64,000 nucleotides of DNA from Alphaproteobacteria bacterium (lineage in GTDB: Bacteria; Pseudomonadota; Alphaproteobacteria; UBA828). A program made the position numbers and the translations under genes. Below are positions 59,688 through 64,000 of this stretch, in pieces (within the stretch, counting starts at the first letter, position 1; each line of letters starts with the position of its first letter). The stretch lies in the NCBI GenBank assembly GCA_963422645.2, contig CAXXVO010000012.1, forward strand, positions 96,001 through 160,000. The letters are read 5' to 3'. The notes beneath the pieces were generated by a model. It was not told where the DNA came from. It searched no databases and was given only the letters and a program-made list of their open reading frames with translations.

Positions 59688-60011
59688 GCTCAGCGCCACT
59701 TCGCGGGAATCGTGGATCGGAATGATCTTGTCGAAGCCGCTGATCTCGAACACTTCCTTGACCGGGCCGGAAAGCGAGCATAGCGCGAACTTGGCGTCCC
59801 GCTTCCACAGGGTCTTGGCGGTCATCAGCACGGCGCGGAGCCCCGCACTGCTGATGTAGGAGAGCTTCTCGAAGTCCATGATCACGGCACGATCGCCGTC
59901 TTCGATCTTGGTTCGGATCGCTTCCTCGAAATCGCGGGCATTGGTGCTGTCGATGCGCCCATTCACACGAGCGGTCAGGGCGCTGTCACCGCGTTCGATC
60001 GTCAACTCCAT
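59673..60011 (-). CDS. STAS-domain anti-sigma factor antagonist
   Basis: GRID, D...LSYISSAGLR, EVFEISGF. Confidence 0.9.
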   Translation of the reverse strand: MELTIERGDSALTARVNGRIDSTNARDFEEAIRTKIEDGDRAVIMDFEKLSYISSAGLRAVLMTAKTLWKRDAKFALCSLSGPVKEVFEISGFDKIIPIHDSREVALSSIDG

Positions 60012-60123
60012 TGCCGTCGTCTCCTGTGGCCATGTTGCCGCGATCATACAGCGTGTTCGCGATACGCCACACCCCAAATCGCCTGAGTCCCGCGGCGGCG
60101 CGGCGTACCCCGCCGCCGCGATG

Positions 60124-61464
60124 TCAGTCGTCTACCTCGGGCATCAGCACGAACTCGGGATAGGACTCGATTCCAAGCTCCGCCGCATCCTGGCCAAGCT
60201 CCTCGTGCACGGGCGGGATCCGCGCTCCCAGCGGGGACTTGTCGATGATGAACCACGCCAGGAACGATGTGCCGAACACGAAGGCGCCGATGGCGAGGAT
60301 GCCGATGATCTGCACGCCAGGATCGCCACCCGCCGCGATGCAGACCGCCAGCGTTCCCCATATGCCCGCGAAGAGATGCGCCGGAACCGCGCCGACCACA
60401 TCGTCCACCTTGATGATCTCCAACAGCCTCACGCCGAGGACGACGATGGCGCCGCCGATTGCGCCGATGATGACGGCCCAGTAGTGATCGACGATGTCCG
60501 GTCCCGCCGTGATCGCCACCAGGCCCGCGATGGCGCCGTTCAGGCTGGTGACCAGGTCGACACGCCCCATGATCGGCCGCGAGAGCGAGATCGCAGCAAG
60601 CACGCCGGCCGCCGCCGCGAGGTTGGTGTTGGCCAGGATGTTGCTCAGCGCCACCGCATCGATGGCACCGCTCAGCGCCAGTTGCGAGCCACCGTTGAAC
60701 CCGAACCAGCCAAGCCAGAGGATGAACACGCCGAGCGTCACCGCCGGCACGTTCGAGGGCGCTGTGGTCTTGACGCTTCCATCGGCGCGGAACTTGCCTT
60801 TCCGCGCGCCGATGACGATGGCGCCGGCGAGCGCCGCCCAGCCGCCAGTCGAATGCACGATCGTGGACCCGGCGAAATCCTGGAACCCCATCTGGGCGAG
60901 CCAGCCGCCGCCCCAGGTCCAGGAACCGATCACCGGATAGATGAAGGCAGTCAGCAGCGCGATGTAGATGAAGAAGGACCAGAGCTTCACGCGCTCCGCC
61001 AGGGTGCCCGAGACGATCGAGGCGGTGGTCGCCACGAACACCATCTGGAAGAACCAATCGGACATCGTGGAATAGCCGTTCCCGATGACGGCCTCGGCCG
61101 CGGCTTCGTCGCCTCCGAGCAGCGCGATCTCCTCGGGCGTCGTAGAGTAGGGCAGCGCGAACGACCCCACCCAGCTCCCGACATCCACGTACATCAGGTT
61201 GTAGCCGACCAGGTAGTAGGTGAGGCCGGCGATGGAATAGAGGCCGATGTTCTTCAGGCAGATGACCGAGGCGTTCTTGGTCCGCACCGAACCGGCTTCC
61301 AGCATGGTGAAGCCGGCGCACATCCACATCACCAGCGCGCCCCAGATGAGGAACGAGAAGCTGTTGAGGATGAATTGTGTCTCGGCGGCTACCGCGGCGT
61401 ATGCCTGCGGCACCACGAACACCAGCGAGACCGTGAACATGAGGATCAGACCGATGGTCCTCAT
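60124..61464 (-). CDS. amtB: Ammonium transporter
   Basis: FQMVF, SG.LAER, DFAGS.IVH, GWFGFNGGS, DD.VGA...H; start approximate. Confidence 0.93.
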   Translation of the reverse strand: MRTIGLILMFTVSLVFVVPQAYAAVAAETQFILNSFSFLIWGALVMWMCAGFTMLEAGSVRTKNASVICLKNIGLYSIAGLTYYLVGYNLMYVDVGSWVGSFALPYSTTPEEIALLGGDEAAAEAVIGNGYSTMSDWFFQMVFVATTASIVSGTLAERVKLWSFFIYIALLTAFIYPVIGSWTWGGGWLAQMGFQDFAGSTIVHSTGGWAALAGAIVIGARKGKFRADGSVKTTAPSNVPAVTLGVFILWLGWFGFNGGSQLALSGAIDAVALSNILANTNLAAAAGVLAAISLSRPIMGRVDLVTSLNGAIAGLVAITAGPDIVDHYWAVIIGAIGGAIVVLGVRLLEIIKVDDVVGAVPAHLFAGIWGTLAVCIAAGGDPGVQIIGILAIGAFVFGTSFLAWFIIDKSPLGARIPPVHEELGQDAAELGIESYPEFVLMPEVDD

Positions 61465-61756
61465 GCGGGACTTGCCGGCGAATCTGAAGGGTGTGAAGCC
61501 CAGGCGAGAGAGGCCCGGCAGCGCTTCGCGCGTAGCTCTCCGATCATGCCGCATCGTTCGATCCCTGTCCTCGGGTTCACACTTACGCAAACCATGACCA
61601 CGCTCGCCGGGGCTGTCAAATGTTCTCGCAAAGGGTCATCGCACCCGTCTGAAGCAACGCCCATAATCTTATGATGTAGTGAATTTTCTCTCCAAGAGCG
61701 GCACGGCGCGTGCTGCTGGTCTCGCCCGCTTCCGTACCGCTCGAGTCGTCATCTGC

Positions 61757-63217
61757 TCACAATGCCAAGTCTCGGAGCACGTCCGGCAGCGATTCGCTCA
61801 GGTCCTCGGCGATCACACCGGGGCCGAAGGCGACGGCGGCGGCACCGTGCAGCCAGACTCCCGCTGCCGCCGCCTCGAACGCCGGAATTCCCTGCGCCAG
61901 CAGGCCGAGGATGAAGCCGGCCAGCACGTCGCCCGAGCCCGCCGTCGCCAAGGTGGGCGGCGCATTGGCATTGATTAGCGCACGGCCGTCGGGCGCCGCG
62001 ATCACGCTGTCGGCGCCCTTCAGCACCACCACGGCCCCGCATTCCACGGCCGCGGCGCAGGCGCGAGAGAGCTTGTCGCCCTCGTGGCCGAAGAGCCGCC
62101 GGTATTCACCCTCGTGCGGGGTCAACACCGCATCGGGCCCGAGCGCCGCGAAGAGCGCCGACGGCTCGGCCTGAAACACGGTGAGCGCGTCGGCGTCCAG
62201 CACGCAGCGCTTTCCCGCGCCGAGCGCCTGAAGCGTGCGCACACGGGTTGCGGGGCTCACGCCGCAGCCGGGGCCGATCAGCAGCGCGTTGCGGCGCTCG
62301 TCGGCAAGCGCCGACTCCAGATCGTCCAGGGACGCAACCATGACGGCGGTCAGCTGAGCGGCATAGACCGGCAGCGCGGCTTCGGGCGCGTGAACCGTGA
62401 CCAAACCGGCGCCGATTCGGAGCGCCGCCCGGGCCGCGAGTCGCGCCGCGCCGGAATGCGTGCCGTCGCCGCCCACCACGAGCGCATGGCCGCGGCTGTA
62501 CTTGTGGTCGACCGCTTCAGGGCCGGGCAGCAGCCCTTGCCAGAGCGCCGGCGCGTTCTCGTGTACCCCAAGCCCCAGCTCGTCGATCGCCGCCTCCGGA
62601 ATGCCGATGTCGGCGACCACCACCTCGCCGGCGCGCGCGCGCCCCGGCAGCAGCAGGTGCCCGTACTTGCGCCGGCCGAAGGTCACCGTCAGCGCCGCCT
62701 CGAAAGACCCGCCCAAGACGTCGCCGGTATCGCCGTGCACGCCGCTCGCCACATCGACCGCGACACAGACGAGATCGCGTGCGGCGCATGCTTCGGCCAG
62801 CGCCAGCGCCACGCCCGCCAGCGGCCGCGCCAGCCCGGCGCCGAACAGAGCATCGACCACCAGCGGCTCGCCCTCGAGCAGCGCCGGATCGAGCGGTTCG
62901 ACTGGGTGCTCCCAACGCGCGGCCATGGCCGCAGCGTCGCCTTTCAGGCGCTCGCGCTGACCCAACAGCCCGAGCCGCACCGGCCAGCCAGCCTCCGCCA
63001 GCAACCGCGCCACGACGAAGCCGTCGCCGCCGTTGTTGCCTGGGCCGCAGAGCACCGCCACGGGCCGGGGCGCCCAGCGCCGCACGATGGCCTGTGCCAC
63101 GGCCCGGCCGGCGTTCTCCATCAGCGTGAGCCCCGGCGTGCCCGCGCGCGCCGCCGCGGCATCGGCCGCATACATGTCGGCAACGGAGAAAAGCGCGAGA
63201 GCGCCGGCGTCACTCAT
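61757..63217 (-). CDS. nnr: Bifunctional NAD(P)H-hydrate epimerase/dehydratase
   Basis: LMENAG, GPGNNGGDG, DALFGAG, HKYSRG, LTPH.GE, ATAGSGDVL. Confidence 0.93.
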   Translation of the reverse strand: MSDAGALALFSVADMYAADAAAARAGTPGLTLMENAGRAVAQAIVRRWAPRPVAVLCGPGNNGGDGFVVARLLAEAGWPVRLGLLGQRERLKGDAAAMAARWEHPVEPLDPALLEGEPLVVDALFGAGLARPLAGVALALAEACAARDLVCVAVDVASGVHGDTGDVLGGSFEAALTVTFGRRKYGHLLLPGRARAGEVVVADIGIPEAAIDELGLGVHENAPALWQGLLPGPEAVDHKYSRGHALVVGGDGTHSGAARLAARAALRIGAGLVTVHAPEAALPVYAAQLTAVMVASLDDLESALADERRNALLIGPGCGVSPATRVRTLQALGAGKRCVLDADALTVFQAEPSALFAALGPDAVLTPHEGEYRRLFGHEGDKLSRACAAAVECGAVVVLKGADSVIAAPDGRALINANAPPTLATAGSGDVLAGFILGLLAQGIPAFEAAAAGVWLHGAAAVAFGPGVIAEDLSESLPDVLRDLAL

Positions 63218-63915
63218 TCCGAGTCGACGTGGAGCAGATCGACCCGCATCGGTTGCACGAAGGCGTAATCGCCGGCGTCCGTGCGGCCGGCCTCGAAGAG
63301 GCGCTTCACGGTCTCGCTCCGCACCGCATCGGCGCCATAGCTGTTGTAGGTGAGGCCCGAGAAGAGGCCGACGAATTCGTCGTGACTCTCGAAGCGCCGT
63401 TCGATCTCGTAATGGACCTCCCGCGCGCGGGCGAAGAGCGGGGCCGAGTCGCAGACCGCCTCGCGCGCCTGGGCGCGGACCTCGGTCTCGTCGTGGAAGG
63501 GCTTGATGACGGCCGAAAACGGCCCTTCCATCACCGGCTCCATCACGTAGACAAAACCGCCCGGCGCGAGTACGCGGCGTGCCTCGGCGAGCGCAGGGCG
63601 CATGGCGGCTTGCGGCACGTGGTGCAGGGAGCGCCCGAAGATCACCCCGTCGACCGTGCCGTCGCCTGCCGGGAGCGATTCGGCCCGACCCTCGGCGAAG
63701 GTCACGCCCTCGGTCTCCGGCACTGCGCGGTTGCGCTCGGCCTGGACCGGATCCGGCTCGACGCCGAGCACCGCGGCACCGCGCTCGCCGAGCGCTCGGG
63801 CCAGGGCGCCGCCGCCGCAGCCCACGTCGATCAGCGAGCGCCTGCTGACCTGCACGAGCCGGTCCAGCACCGCGAGATCGGTGCTCGCGCCCCAGTGTTC
63901 GACGGTCCCGGGCAT
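63214..63915 (-). CDS. Class I SAM-dependent methyltransferase
   Basis: IDVGCGGG, SLHHV, RVL.PGG. Confidence 0.85.
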   Translation of the reverse strand: MPGTVEHWGASTDLAVLDRLVQVSRRSLIDVGCGGGALARALGERGAAVLGVEPDPVQAERNRAVPETEGVTFAEGRAESLPAGDGTVDGVIFGRSLHHVPQAAMRPALAEARRVLAPGGFVYVMEPVMEGPFSAVIKPFHDETEVRAQAREAVCDSAPLFARAREVHYEIERRFESHDEFVGLFSGLTYNSYGADAVRSETVKRLFEAGRTDAGDYAFVQPMRVDLLHVDSE

Positions 63916-64000
63916 GGCGCGAGCATAGCCCCCGCCCTGCCGCCGGGCCAGCGCTGAACTCGGTTGCCTGCTGTGGAAGCTGCGCAATCATAGCAAGTTT

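Overview
High-GC alphaproteobacterial chromosome segment (Rhodospirillales-like gene order; the taxonomy is inferred). Core genes are a minus-strand dgt-argS-SPOR-nagZ-site-2-protease operon, soxYZ-cytochrome c-soxF with a YeeE transporter, tRNA-Glu(CTC), ctaA, ispG, glnE, dadA, amtB and nnr. There is also an ABC transporter plus amidohydrolase/creatininase/ureohydrolase/deaminase cluster. Two regions are dense with mobile DNA (6.2-15.3 kb and 22.4-37.9 kb). They hold an IS66-family element carrying a Dam-like methyltransferase, two copies of a second IS66 (one with a nested IS1595), three copies of a 2.5-kb unclassified IS, an IS110/IS1111 element splitting a Toprim gene, a HipA-like kinase/DUF3037-like pair and phage-gene remnants. 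The most notable candidates are: (1) a GIY-YIG nuclease gene bracketed by 36-bp inverted CGTC-type palindromic repeats, with a gene-less doublet of the same repeat 23 kb away; (2) the methyltransferase-carrying IS66; (3) the structured non-coding ends of the IS110; (4) an unannotated small-peptide transcription unit; (5) a decayed vapBC-like cassette flanked by a duplicated permease 3' end. Family assignments come from motif recognition only; no database search was run.
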